Assembly: GCF_036321535.1 (NCBI RefSeq)
Contig: NC_087436.1
Location: forward strand, 106,952,001-107,016,000
Source of the DNA: Camelus dromedarius
Taxonomy: Eukaryota
Direction: 5' to 3'
Length of the DNA stretch: 64,000 nucleotides
Each line of letters starts with the position of its first letter. Position 1 is the first letter of the stretch. The notes beneath the pieces are model-generated. The model was not told where the DNA came from, did no database searches, and was given only the letters and a program-made list of their open reading frames with translations. A program made the translations under genes and the position numbers. Below are positions 39,560 through 52,639 of the stretch, one piece after another.

Positions 39560-41000
39560 TGATAAATGATATCTAAGGTAAAAATAGTACCAAATTTTTG
39601 TGGAGCTTGTAACATATGTAAAAATAAAATATATGATAAAAAACAGCACGAAGTATGGGAGGGAGTAAATTGAAGTACCCCATTCTCAGTGTCTTATGCT
39701 TTACATAAAGTTATAGAATACAATTTGGCAGAAGACTATAAAAAATTAAAGGCATATATTGTAAACATGATAGCAACTGATAAAATAAATATAATAAGTA
39801 AGTTAATATTGAAGAAAGAAAGGAATATTAAAAGGGCTCAATCCAAAATAAGCCAGGAATTAAAAATAAGAAACAAAAAAATAGATGGGACAAATTTTAA
39901 AAATTTGCAAAATACTGGACTATATTAAACACAAATTGTATAACACTAAATTAAAAGGTGTAGACTGTAGAGAAGATTAAAAAGCAAGATCTAATATACA
40001 ACATCTACAAAGAGATTAATGTTAAATAGAGAGACATAAATTTGTTAGAAATAGTAGAATACACAAATATACCACACAAACTCTCATCAAAAGTAAATTG
40101 GGATGGTTTATTAATATCAGACAAACCGGACTTGAGAAAAAGAGATATTACATTACATGAAAATAATGAAGTAGATTTATCAAGAAAATAAAATGAGACT
40201 CTAATGAGAGTCTAAAACAAATAAATAAAAATCATAGAAATATAAAACCTATATTTGAGTCCACAATTAATGTTGGAGGGTTTAACACTGAAAATAGGCT
40301 TTTATTAAAAATCCACAGCTAACATTATATTAATTGATGAAGACTGATTTTGCCCTAAGATCAGGGATGAGACAAATATGTCTGCCCTTACTACTTCTAT
40401 TTAACACTGGGCCAGAAGTTCTAGCAAAGAGTATAAGGCAAGAAAAATAAACAAAATGCTCACAGAAAGAAAACAAATGATCTTTATTCATAAATCACAT
40501 AATTTCCTATACAGAAAGTCACCACAAATCTCCAAAAAAAAGTTTCAAGAAGAAATGCCTGGCTTTAGCAAGATCACAGGATACAAAGTCAATAGGAACA
40601 AAAGTAACTTTATTTATATATACTCACCATCTATACTTGAGGCTTAAAAAAAAATACATACCTTTTGTAAAGCATCATAGAACATTATATACTCAGGGAT
40701 AAACTCAACAAAATATGAGCAAAGCTTGTATACTACAAACTGTAAAACAGCACTGAGAAAAACTAAAGACCTAAATAAGTGAAAAAATATGCCATTCATG
40801 AGTCTGAGGACTAAATGTTAAGATGTCTGTTCTCTCCAAATTCATCCATAGATTAAAGGCAAACTCAATTCAAATTACATCAGTTTTCTCTTTGTTTTGT
40901 TTTTTAAAATTGAGAAAACGTTTCTAAAATTCGTGCAGAAATTAAATGAAAAGAAAAATATAATTCTCGTTACCTGATGTCAAGATTTTAAGATAAAGGC
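39560..41000 (+). mobile_element. Old L1 (L1ME-like) inter-ORF and ORF2 remnants
   Basis: Inter-ORF-like sequence; EN remnant; RT remnant ccacagctaacattatattaa..ccctaagatcaggg..gaagttctagc. Confidence 0.75.
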
Positions 41001-41106
41001 AAAGTAAGAAAAAAAAAATACTACTCAAGAATTGGCTTATGGCTTGATGCCTGCAGGGTACGGTGAGAATATCAATTACCTGATCTTGGCTCGGTACTTT
41101 GTAGCT

Positions 41107-41550
41107 CAAGGGTCAGCAAACTGACCCAGGTTGTATAAATTAAGTTTTTTTTTTAATTGAGGTATAGTTGATTTATCATATTATATTAGTTTCAGGCATA
41201 CAACATAGTAATTCAATATTTTTATAGATTATACTCCATTTAAAGTTATTGCAAAGTAATGGCTATATTCCCCTTTGCTATATAACATGTCTTTGTTGCT
41301 TATTTATTTTATACATAGTAGTTTGTTTCTCTTACTATCCTACCCCTAGCCATAAAAAAAGAATGAAATTCTGCCATTTGTAATTAGCATTTTATTGGAA
41401 CACAGCTACATGCATTCTTTTGCACACTGTATCTGGCTGCTTTTGATAAACAACAACAGATGAGTAATTGTGACAGGGACTGGATGGCCTGCAAAGTCTA
41501 ATGTACTTAATATCTGTCCCTTCACTTAAAAAGTTTGCTGACTTTCTGAT
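41107..41550. mobile_element. MER58A hAT-Charlie MITE interrupted by an L1 fragment
   Basis: caagggtcagcaaact start; ttttattggaacacagc..ggcctgcaaagtctaa..aaaagtttgctgac end (TIR pair). Confidence 0.85.
41145..41380 (-). mobile_element. Short L1 3' end with inverted 5' piece
   Basis: T-tract then aattgaggtatagttgattta (L1 3' end, minus); 41348-41380 agccataaaaaaagaatgaaattctgccatttg is plus-sense ORF2 end. Confidence 0.85.
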
Positions 41551-41699
41551 GTAGCTGACATCATGTTAGTAATCTTAGTGACCTTATTGTTCTGTGGATT
41601 AGTATTGCTTAAAATTGGATTTGTCAATAATAATAAAAAAACCCCACAGTTTGTATCATTCAAATAAAACTATATTTATTCACAATAGCATAATTGTGA

Positions 41700-42505
41700 A
41701 CACAGAAAATCACAGAGGGAAAACATGGACATGAAAAGAGCACATAATCATTAGTCATTGTCGAAGTGCAAATTAAAAACACAATGAAATATCATCACCT
41801 CCTACTAAAATAGCTAAAACTAAAAAAAAACTGACAATACTAATTGCTGATGGTGATGTGGAAAACTAGAACTCCTCATACACTGCTTGTGAAATGTAAA
41901 ATTGTACACCACTCTAGAAAATAGTCTGGTAATTTTTCATAAAGATATATATATATGTATATATATGTACATACACACACGTAATAAATCAGCAATCCTA
42001 CTTTTGAATATTTAGCAGAGAACTGAAAACATATGTTCACTCACAGACATGTGTGCAAATGTTTAAAGCAACTTTTTTATAGTAACCAAACACTAGAGTA
42101 ACCTAAATATGCATCATTTACAATGAATAAATAATTTTAATACATCCATATAGTAGAACAGTATCTGGCAAAAAAGAACTAGTGATAGATGTAACAACAT
42201 GGATGACTTCTAAAAGCATTGTGCATTATGACAAGCACATACGTGCTATATGATTTCATTTACAGGAAATTTGGAAAAAGGTAAACATATAGTGACACTT
42301 AGTAGAAGAGTATTCATCAGATCTGGGAACAGAGGGAGAGAAACAGAGGGACAAGAGAAACCATTATGAAGTGAAGAAAATACTCTGTTTTTATTATTTT
42401 GATGATTAAATAATTACTTTTGTCTAAACTCATCAACCTATACACTTACAAGAGTGAATTTTTACTGTTTATAAAACATACCTATAAACTCAACTTCTTA
42501 AAAAT
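41700..42505 (+). mobile_element. Old L1 (L1ME-like) ORF2 end and 3'UTR
   Basis: gtgcaaattaaaaacacaatgaaatatca..gatgtggaaaactagaactc..aacaacatggatga. Confidence 0.85.
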
Positions 42506-42529
42506 TAACTAAAATATAGTAATAATGAT

Positions 42530-43330
42530 CTTTATTTTATTCCTGACTTTAGGGGAAAAGATTCTATTTTTTTTTACAATTAGATATAATGTTGGTTGTC
42601 AGTTTGAAACAGATAGCCTTCATCACCTTGATGATTTATTTGTAGCTCCTATTCCTAGTTGACTAACATTTCTTATCAATAATTGATGTTGAATTATTTT
42701 AAAATGCCTTTTCAGCACCTAGCAAAATAAAATTTTTCTTTCTTCATTTTTGATCGATTATTGTGATGAATTATTACTTGGTTTCCTAATATTGAATTTT
42801 TAGTGCATTCCTGGAATAAAAACCTATTTGGTCATGATGTGTTATCTTTTAATAAAAAGCTACATTTGATTTGCTAATAATTTGCAGTTATGGTTCTAAA
42901 GATCTTTAGCTGGTTTTCATTTTTAATGATTCATTTTTCTCATGTTTTAATAAAGAATTTTGCTTGGCTCATAAATGAAATAGGAAGTTTTTTCAAATTT
43001 TCAGCAATCAGATATAGTTTAAAACTGGTTTCAAGGAACTCAACATAAAATTATTTGGTAAGAATAATCATTTTGTAATTACTTCCTAGATAATATTTTC
43101 TACTTAACTGATGTTTATGAGATTATTTTTAAGCTTCTTCATAAAGTATCAATTTTTATAATACATGATTTTCTAGAAAAGTGTCTATTTCATTGATACT
43201 TTCAAAAATACATAGAATTTTAAGTTGTCTTTCGTGTCTTCCATATTCAAGGCTGAATTCCTTTTATTTCCTAACGTAGCATAGGTACATTATCTTTCTG
43301 TCTTCATTATCTTTGCCAAAATATTCTCAA
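42530..43330 (-). mobile_element. Old L1 ORF2 fragment
   Basis: ttcctgactttaggggaaaag..gcattcctggaataaaaacctatttggtcatgatg is antisense RT region. Confidence 0.75.
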
Positions 43331-43669
43331 TGTCAGTACCTCACAGTGTCCAATATACTTTGTAATAGCCTGGGCAGTTTTTTAATATGAACTTCTCTGA
43401 ACTCAACCACAGAACTACTGAATTACCATTTTTGATATGAGAAGATAAAATGAATATTGAATTTGATCTTTTGTCCTCCATTTTAAGTTTCTTTTATTAG
43501 TATCCCTTTTTGCTGCCATGGTCTACTTTTTCGTTGTTTTTAATGCTGATTTAGAACTTGGAAATCTTGTTTTCATCATATATTTCCGTCCAGGTTAACC
43601 TTAAACTATTTGGAAAAAAATATTGGACTTTCCTTTTACAAAATTACAAATGTGAAATAACACATATCT

Positions 43670-45271
43670 TATTTGGAATTCTTCTGTATTGGAGATTTGT
43701 CTTCCCTCTCTAGTTATTTATTTATTTATTCAGAAGTGTATTAATACCCTTGTAGTCACAGATACTTATTTTGTAGTCCAATAGTACTTTATTTTCTTTG
43801 CTCACGTTGTTCCAGTTTGGGCCATTGGGAGTTCTTTCAATGTCTCTTGTGTCCTTTGACATGGTCCCATCATACTAGGGTTTTTAAAAGTTGATTTTTC
43901 TTAGCATTTCTTTACTTCTGGCAGTACAAAAAACTTTGGGCCCATCTTTTATATTTCCTGCCCCAGTCCCCGAATCAGCTATTTCTTCAAGGAACTCTAC
44001 ATTCTTTTATTGAAAAATGGTACTTAGGAACTCAGATCTGGGTACCAGATGTATTTGCTGATACTTCTTCTGTGGAACATTGTTGCTTCTAAGGTGTCTC
44101 AGCTGACAGAGCAAGGAAATATATATGTGTAGACTAACCTGTGTGTGTACACATATCTATAAATGTCTCTATATGCTATTATCTGTATACATATTAAGCT
44201 AAACATGAGTTCATAGTGATGTCCTTAACTCTAATTCATTAAAACATGCCTATCTGTAAATTCTCACATCCCACCTAGCTCTCACCATCAACCATCCTTT
44301 TATTTAATTGTTCAGTTCCTGTATACATGTATAGAAGTATGATCATTTTTAACAAACAGGCCTATAGGAAACCATTATCAACTAAATTACAGTAATTATG
44401 TACTGCTTTTGACTTGTGTTTTACAGATTCCACTAATTCCAGAAGATGCTTAGATCAGCACATCTTTGCTCATCTCCTTTAGTGAGGATGTTTCCTAAAT
44501 TTTAATACAGCTAGATTGTTTTGTCATATTCTGCATTCCATCCTGGGATTTTCCCAACCACCTAAATGATTTTTTATTTGCGTACACTATGTAGGTTACC
44601 CACCTTTAAGCAAGTGGGCCATTACTCCCCACATTCTGACTGTGGGCTGTACACAGCAACTTCCTTTCAAAGAATACAGCATAGAGTGAGGGAAAGAAAA
44701 AAGTCTTCACAGTGGAGAAACCAACAACTACTATCTTAGCCAGGTGACCAAAGTTCACATCAACAGTGGTAAGTCCTGTTGACAGCATGTGCCTTTGATA
44801 TGACGTGATGAAAATGCACTCTACCTCTGTGGTCTTCCTCCCCAAACCCCACAACCCTAATTTAGTCATGAGAGAAACATCAGACAAATCCCTTTGAAGG
44901 GCTTTCTACAGAATATCTGACCAGTACTGCTCAACACTGTCAAGGTTTTCCAAAATAAGGAAAATCACAGAAACTATCCTAGTCAAGGGGATCCTAAGGA
45001 GACATAAATGTCATACAGTACCAGGATGGGATTCTGAAACAAACAAAAAAAGGACACTAGGTAATTCCCAAGGAAATCTGAATAAAATGTGGGACTTAAA
45101 TGATAATACACGATGTACTGGTTCATGAATTTAACAAGTGTACCATTAAATGTAATAAATGTCAGATGCTAATAATGGAAGAAGCCATGCAGATTCTATG
45201 GAAATCTTCTGTACTAACCTCACAAATTTTCTATAAGTGCAAATTGTTCTAAAATAAAGAGGTTATTTTTT
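43670..45271. mobile_element. L1MC/L1MD-type 3'UTR with 5' inversion (43670-44588 minus, 44589-45271 plus)
   Basis: Both halves are homologous to consecutive parts of the 38250-39550 3'UTR; candidate TSD aaataacacatatct (43655) / aaatagcatatct (45272). Confidence 0.85.
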
Positions 45272-45375
45272 AAATAGCATATCTCTAATTACTATTCCTC
45301 AGTAATTGAAACAAATTTATTTTTTTTCCAATTTAACATGTAGAAATTTTGCCTGTCACTTTTCTGCCCATCTTC

Positions 45376-45728
45376 CTTTTTTTTAAATTGAAGTATAATT
45401 GATTTACAATGCATTAATTTATGGTGTACAGCATAGTGATTCATATATACATACATATAGTCCTTTTCATATCCTTTTTCATTATAGGCCATGACAGAGT
45501 ATTGAATATTTCCCAGTGCTATACAGGAGAACCTTGAGGTTTATCTATTTTGTGTATAGTAGTTAGTATGCTAATCCCAAACTCCTAATTTATCCCTCGT
45601 CCTCCCTTTCCCCTTTAGTAACCATAAGTTTATTTTCTACATTTGTGAGTCTGTCTCTGTTTTGGTAATAAGTTCATTTGTGTCCATTTATTTAAGATTT
45701 CACATATAAGTGTTATCGTATGATATTA
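45376..45728 (-). mobile_element. L1 3'UTR fragment (artiodactyl-type)
   Basis: ttttaaattgaagtataattgatttacaatg..ccctttagtaaccataagttt..cacatataagtg; TSD-like atcttcctttttt / atcttctcctttttt. Confidence 0.9.
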
Positions 45729-46199
45729 TCTTCTCCTTTTTTCTTGTAATCTAGTGTTTTAGATTATGATTATTCTTTGACAGTTTATAGTATCTAAATT
45801 GCCTCTTTCAAGAATGTATTTTCATATTTGCAATTTAAAACCCATATTAAAGTAGCTGTTTGGGAAACCTTTATTGGTTTATTGCTCACTGCTATTTAGC
45901 TAATACTGGGTCTTAAGGAAGTTGGTTCATATGTCAGTAGGAGCACTTCTGCAGGAGGTGTTCATTTTTTAAGTCCTTTACATATTTTCCAATAATTTTT
46001 TTCTCCAACAACCACAACAAACTCTTCTACTAAGTATTTCTTTTATCATTTTAGTGAAAATTCAGAGTGAGATAAAATAGGATATGGATACATTTATTTC
46101 ATCATCTTTATTCAAGAATTCTGAACCAAACACTAAAGAACCAACAGGAGACAGGCAGACACACTGGGAGGTAAGAACATGTGAAGTCCGGGAAGCAAT

Positions 46200-48920
46200 C
46201 AGACCAAAATACTGTAAGGTGCTGAGAAGGAAAACATTAAGTCCTCAATGAAGGCTATTAATCACAGGAAGCACTGTATTGTAATCCAGGCTTTTCAAGA
46301 CTTACCCTGACAGTAACTTAGAAGGTAAATTGGAGGAAATTGAAACAAGAGGAGAAGATTCTAAGTAGAAAATCATTGTAGTATTTCAAGTAAAAGCTTA
46401 TGAAAAACTAAGCTAACGCAATAGTAGCAGGTCTTGTAAGAAAAGCTGAGTTATAGTATATTTCCCCAAACACAATTGTTCACATACTCTCCTCATGATT
46501 TTCCCTATTTTGGCATAGAAACACATTATTCTTTAATATTTTCCTTTAAATTGACTAGCATCATTTAAATATATTTTTATTTAAAAAATCCATACTATGA
46601 ATGGAAAATGAGAATAATTTATCATAACTGTAATTTAAAAATAAAATTGACAAAGTCAACCCTCTCAAAGTCTAACTTGTTAAAATTTCTGAACTCTGTT
46701 TGTTAAAATGGGAGTTTCTGAAGTACCATAGAAGCACTGAAGACATAGTAAGTCCAAAACAGAAACTTTCTCCGTGGTGTGATCTGAAAGACTTGAATTT
46801 AAAAAAATGAAAAGTGAATACTAGTTTCATTATGTAATGAAATGGTATCTATTGCTGTGGTTCCATAGCACCTAATATTGTCTTATGTATACCAATCGCC
46901 ATGTCATTAATTGAGACAAAGATAAAAGAAGGGGACAGTTTTCTAGTGGAAACAGACAATGGATTTAGTGTTGCACATTTTATGTTTGAGTTCCCCGTGG
47001 AACACACAAGTGGAGATGCTCAGTAACTAATTAGATATACTAGTTTGGAGTTAGACAAATTGCTCAAGCGATAGATTTTTTTTAAAGTGAATCCTTAGAA
47101 ATTGTAGTTGAAACTTGGTGAAAATTTACATTAATAAGGAAAGAAAACTCAGGGGAGAAAAAAATTTAACAGATAATCACACTAAATGTGAAGGAAAGGA
47201 GACAGTTTAAAGCAATTGAAGGACTAAGAAGAGACTCAAGAGGTGATGGTGCTCTGTGAACAGGGAGGGAGAATTTCAGTGAGACAGTAACCAACAGTGT
47301 CCAAGGATTAAGAGGGAGGAGGGCTTCCTGGATGAAGTTAACACTGCTGACTGCTTCCTGGTAGCCTGTCATAGTATATCTAATTTATTATTCCAGAGAT
47401 CTTGTTCAGATGAAATTAATGTTGCCCCTTAATAGAAGGAAAAGTGGAAGCTGAAGGAGTCTAAAAAACTGCCAATGGTCACAATGCTAAGAAGCTAAAA
47501 ATAAAACTGAAATCCAACACTGTAGCCTAAAGTCTACATTTTCTCCTCATCTCTGGGCCCAGTGAATGCTGCAAATAAGAGACATCTTTAGAAAATGGTT
47601 CTAATGCTGATGGAAGAGCCTAGATTTTTCAGAAAACTGAGAAAGTTACTAGAAGTGAGAACATGGAAATTATGAAGGTAGATCTTTGAAAAAAAAAAAG
47701 GAAGATAAATCTAAAACTGAAGAAGGAAGTTGTGTTAAAGGAAAACAAAATGAAAGCAAGACCATTTGATCAGGTTGAATACATAGGCAGAAAGAACTAG
47801 TAGAGAAGAGTTGAAGATACAGAAGAAAAAGAGGGAAAAGAGATGGAGGTGATGCCCTGAGATGGCAAAAAGAATAGAAACAGGGGCTGGAAGGATTAAT
47901 TTGCCTTCAGAAAGGAATTATTTTTCACTGAAAATGGAGTGCACAATGAAAGATGTGTGTCCGTGTGTGTTGTTTTACTGCTTTTAGCGGGGAAATTGAG
48001 AAGTCTATGAGCTGAGCCAATCCCAAGCTAATGGCAATTAATGTTGTTGTTTTCCCTTGTGATGAGGGAGATAAGAGTGAGGTAGGTGAGCCAGTGACCC
48101 AGTAAATAGTGATAAATGTATTATATCTGGGGGAAAATGGGAAAGGTATGTAGTATGGATATTCTTCTTTGAGATTCTGAAGGTCTACTGAAAGTTGGAG
48201 ACCACGGTCTTACACGTGGGAATAGACAGGGCACAGAGTTGTTGGGTAGATTTGGAAATAAGACTAAACAGAAGGACTGTTTAGCAAAAAAAAAATGGTG
48301 TAAGTGTTGTATACAAGAATCCTAAGGAGGAGGAAGATGACTGGAATGAAGGGAAAGAGTAAGAATAGAGGTTATGGCTTAAAGAACAGCTGTAATCCAC
48401 TAATTCCCAACCTGCTATTCTGTGGCTCGCTAGGTCTCATTACTGTTTTTTTTAATTGCTCATATAAGTTTGGTTAAAACTGTCACAGAATCTTGGTTAT
48501 TCAGAATAAATGTTAGTGCACTCAGTTCTTTCAGTAGAGAAGTATATCTACTTTTATTAACCCTTTCTCTTAAATGTATTTGAGCACACACCATTTTATC
48601 TTCTTCTGTGTACTATTAACATATTAAAACACTAATATTCCATGCAATAATGTAATTCATAACTGATGATGTAAAGGAGGTAGAGAAATGAGGAAACTGA
48701 TATGAGCAGATAGTGGTCAAAAGATGGAGTATTTGATTTTAAATTTCTAGACCTGATGGGTGTATACAAGGTGCAGACTAGATAAAGCACGTAAATGGCT
48801 ACAGAGTAGAAGTGGTCTGCAGCTGAAGGTCACTTGAGTTGAAGAGATCAGGGGCTAATGTTATAGGTTGTTGGGTGATTCGCCCACACACGTACAGAGG
48901 TGACCTAGCTTGCAGCAGTC
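46200..48920 (-). mobile_element. Fragmented L2 with interspersed probable hAT (46460-46900, 48395-48660) and MIR (47410-47550) remnants
   Basis: Purine-rich antisense L2 motifs, e.g. tatgtttgagttccccgtggaacacacaagtggagatg. Confidence 0.5.
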
Positions 48921-49330
48921 ATTATGGGTTGAATTGGGTATCCCCCAAATTTATATTGAAGTCCTAATCCTCCAGGACTGCAGAATGTGAAATTATTTGG
49001 AGATTGGGTCTTTGCAGAGGTGAAAATGGGGTTATATGAATGGGCCTTCATTCAGGATGACTGACAGCCTCATGAGAAAAGGGAAATTTGGACACAGACA
49101 CAGGCACAGAGGAAAGATGATGTGAAAAGACACAGGGAAATGACAGACATCTGCAAGCTAAGGAAAGAAGCCTGGAAAAGACCCTTCCTCATTGCCCTTG
49201 GAAGGAATCAACACTGCCGATACCTTGATTTTAGACCTCTGACCTCCAGAGCTTCGAGACAAGAAATTTCTGTTGTTTAAACCACTCAATTTTTGGTACT
49301 TTGTAATGGCAGCCCTAGCAGATTCAGACA
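48921..49330 (+). mobile_element. MLT1B-like MaLR solo LTR
   Basis: ttatgggttgaattg..gaagtcctaatcc..gggtctttgcagag..accttgattttagacctctgacctccaga..ggcagccctagca..aca. Confidence 0.9.
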
Positions 49331-49594
49331 TATTTTGTCAGAAGGATGACGATGAATGGAAAGTGGTTTGGATTCTTTATTTTATTTTTTTCTTAGCATG
49401 GAATGGGGTTTTCTAAGAACTTAGTTATAAGGTGCAAGACAGAAAAGCTAGCTAGTGGGAGCTGGTTTTCTCTGACCTGAAAGCTGAACTGTAGAGGATC
49501 AAGGAGATGGGCCTGGATGGGTTGGTCACTGTTGCCTCCTCATCCTTAAGAGTATTTAACTCACAGTGCTCTTTTTTTAAAATCAGTGTGCTCT

Positions 49595-49780
49595 GGGGGA
49601 GGGTATAGCTCAAATGATAGAGAGCATGTTTAGTATGTATGAGGTCCTGGGTTAAATCCCCAATATCGCCTCTAAAAATTAAATAAATAAATAAGTAAAC
49701 TTAATTACCTACCCCTCCAGAAAAAATAATTTTTTTAAAGTAGCTATCCTCTAGTGTTTATTAAAAAATAAAATAAAATT
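49595..49780 (+). mobile_element. tRNA-Ala-derived SINE (camelid vic-1-like) with TSD
   Basis: gggggagggtatagctcaaatgatagagagcatg..gaggtcctgggttaaatcccc (A/B boxes); AT-rich tail; TSD aatcagtgtgctct (49581-49594) / aatcaatgtgttct (49781-49794). Confidence 0.9.
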
Positions 49781-51410
49781 AATCAATGTGTTCTCAATTG
49801 TCACAGCATCGTAGAGGAGTAGAGATGACCTGAATGCTCTAATACAACCTGCGTGCATATTTTAATTTCCTTTGGTGAAAAGGAATCCTTGGCGAATTAG
49901 CCAGCATTTTGCTTTTCAGAAGGGAAGTACCTCTCCATTGTGGGAGCCATTCTGCTCACATCTTGTTCCTTGCTGCATTTACTTGCTCATTCTCTAAGCA
50001 CTTACTACACAGAGATTCATGTTTGGAGGGAATAAATATTTCATGGCACATGACACCTTGAATGGTAATACAGGAACCTATGATACTGTGATGTGCACAG
50101 AACTTGAAATTTTAGCAAATCGGTCCACTGGGGGTTGGGATTTTCCTATGTACTCTAAAATATTTCTGTTCCTGGAAGACAGCAGGAGGAAGAACGGCTG
50201 CTTGAACCAGAGTCAGATGTACTATGATTTTTTTAATATATATAAAAGTGAATGCTGTGCAGACTGAGGCAGCTCCTTTTCCATCTGTCAGCATGTTCTT
50301 TAGAACCATGCATAAACCTTATTATCGCACTCAGTGTGTTACTGCAAAAATTATCCCGGTCCTCAGAGCAGTCTCTCTACAGCTTTGAGTGGAATTCAAA
50401 CTTCAGTGCAGTTAATATAAAAACAAGCAACCTAGTAAACAGGAGAGAAAGCAATAGACATTCACCTTCCCCAGAAAATTTTGCTAGAGCTCCTTCCTTT
50501 TGTCAGCTGTACAAGGGTAAATATTTTGCATTGAATAAAAATACTGGCTGATGACACATATTTGGCTCCGGTAAAATTTTTCCACTGGATTCACATATAT
50601 TAACCTTTGATGAAAAGACTACAGGAAGAAAAAGGCAGAAGAAGAATATGGCATAATTTCAGTTCTTTCTTACATTAACCTTTGAGTTCTGACCTGTTGT
50701 CGTCGTGTGTTTGGGGGGTATATTTGGATAGAGACATTACTGCCAGCCTGTTCATATTTATGGGCCTGACCTTTGTATTATAGTAGCCTGCTTTGAAGCA
50801 TAGTTATTTTTAATTGCTTTATGTGTCCACGGAGACTGCCCCTTGCCTCTGTCAGTTATGTACAGGACCCTGGCTCATATTCTGCTCCATGAATCTTCCC
50901 ATGACGGGATATTTACAACCACCTCTGAAAACAAGAGGAGGAAATGTTACATTTTGGGGATAGCGTGTGTGTTTGTGTGAAAGTGTGTTTGATGGTCGAC
51001 ACTGCCATCTACTTAATGAGGAGATGACAGGAAGGATTAAAAGAGACAGATTGTTTTGGCTACATGGGGGCCATCTGAGATACAGTGTCCTATAATGCAG
51101 CTCAATAAAGCCAGCCTGTGTGAAGCCCTCAGTGTATGATTCACGGCTGCAGTAGGGCTACTCACTGAGATTTAATGAGAGACAGTCACAGGCCAGGCAG
51201 CAGGAGGCTGAAATTGCTGTCAGAAGACAAGGAGAAGAGCTGTGTGCCAAAGCCATGCCTGAAATTTGCAGGGGTGCCTTGATCATTGGTGTCCCTAATG
51301 ACATTCCTCTACACGTGCCTGATCATGAGTTGGACAGCATGACTGCCCAACATGCAAGGCTCAAGATAATTAGAAAAGAGATACACCTTCCTTTTGGTCC
51401 GAAGATAGCG

Positions 51411-51953
51411 TGTGTTCTGTGTTCTTTTAGCTGATGTTCAGTTAGGGGCAGCCACAAGAAGGGACATGGAAGAGACAGAAGAAAACAAGTTGATTATAGT
51501 CATAGGTCCTAAAGAGGGATCACGGCATGCCAGGCAGAGTCACAGGGGAAGCGCCAGGTCTGGGTCAGGTAGCAGAAGATGGGAACCAGGAGAACACTTA
51601 GTCCAAAAGCTTCATTGCAGTTTCCAAGAGAACGTCAAAATAGGGTAAAGGGTTCAGGATTGGCCAGTTTGAATCATTTTGGTGGGCTTTGGGTTATTAT
51701 GGTGATCTCTAGCCACCTGGTACCTAACCCTGGGATGATGCAGTCAGAGGAATACTGCTTCCTGGGGTGTGTGGGCCAGACAGAGGAGGTTTGGCTCTGG
51801 GCTGGTTAGTTTCCCTATCAAAGGCATGCTTCCAGCTGAGTCTTTTACTATCTCTAAGCATTGGCTAGCCCCAGGAGGGACAATCTCTCCCCAGCCAGCA
51901 AGAGTTTTTAAGATGGCAAAACATCATAATATCAAAAAATGAAAATATATACA
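51411..51953 (-). mobile_element. ERVL-class solo LTR (family uncertain)
   Basis: TG...CA termini, ~540 bp; right end aagatggcaaaacatcataata..atataca resembles ERVL LTR starts on the minus strand. Confidence 0.65.
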
Positions 51954-52054
51954 ATCCAGCATGGCTGTGAAGTTTCTTCTGCAAATGGATTTCTGGATTG
52001 TGACAATGTATCTCGAGGTTTCTGCTGATGGTGTGATCATCTGTGGCAGGGCTG

Positions 52055-52240
52055 CTGCAGTGTATTCCCTGAACCATTGGTGTAGGCTTGCCATCCCCTG
52101 AGAGCTTGGTAGGCATGCAAATTTTCTATCCCACCTCAGGTTTCTAGATTCCGAATTTCTAGGGTCTAGAAGGGGAAGGGGGAGAGAAACCTAGGTCAAT
52201 AATCTTGCCAGATTGCTGTTCTGTACACTAAAACTATCGC
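52055..52240. mobile_element. MER5A-like hAT MITE
   Basis: catcccctgagagcttggtaggcatgcaaatt..cccacctcag..gaatttctagggt. Confidence 0.55.
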
Positions 52241-52639
52241 CTTTAATAGACCATACAAGTGACTATAAGTAATGAGAAAAGAAAAGTGATTCTGCTTATC
52301 AGAGACTCAGTTGCATCTAAGCTAAAACTTCAGTTAATGAGAACCAATGGAGTGGAATCCTAAAGACATTTGAGTTCTTACCCTACTGTGCATTATTAGT
52401 TTGGACTTTTAGGAAGTTACAACCAAGATTCAGCCACCCAACTGGTAAAATAAGAAAGATAATGGTATCCACCTCTTGGAATTTATGAGACTTAAAGGTA
52501 ATGATGTACATAAATATAATTTGTAAACAGTAAAGTGTAGACAAATGTTAGTTGTACCTAATATTAAACAATCCTCATTGGGCACGTCATTTGAAGACAG
52601 ATCACAATGAAACAAGTTTACAACAGGACTGGGGTAATA

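Noticed and set aside
49595..49670. tRNA-Ala gene (also 52804-52875)
   Set aside because: Degenerate stems, SINE body, A-rich tail and TSD indicate a SINE copy.
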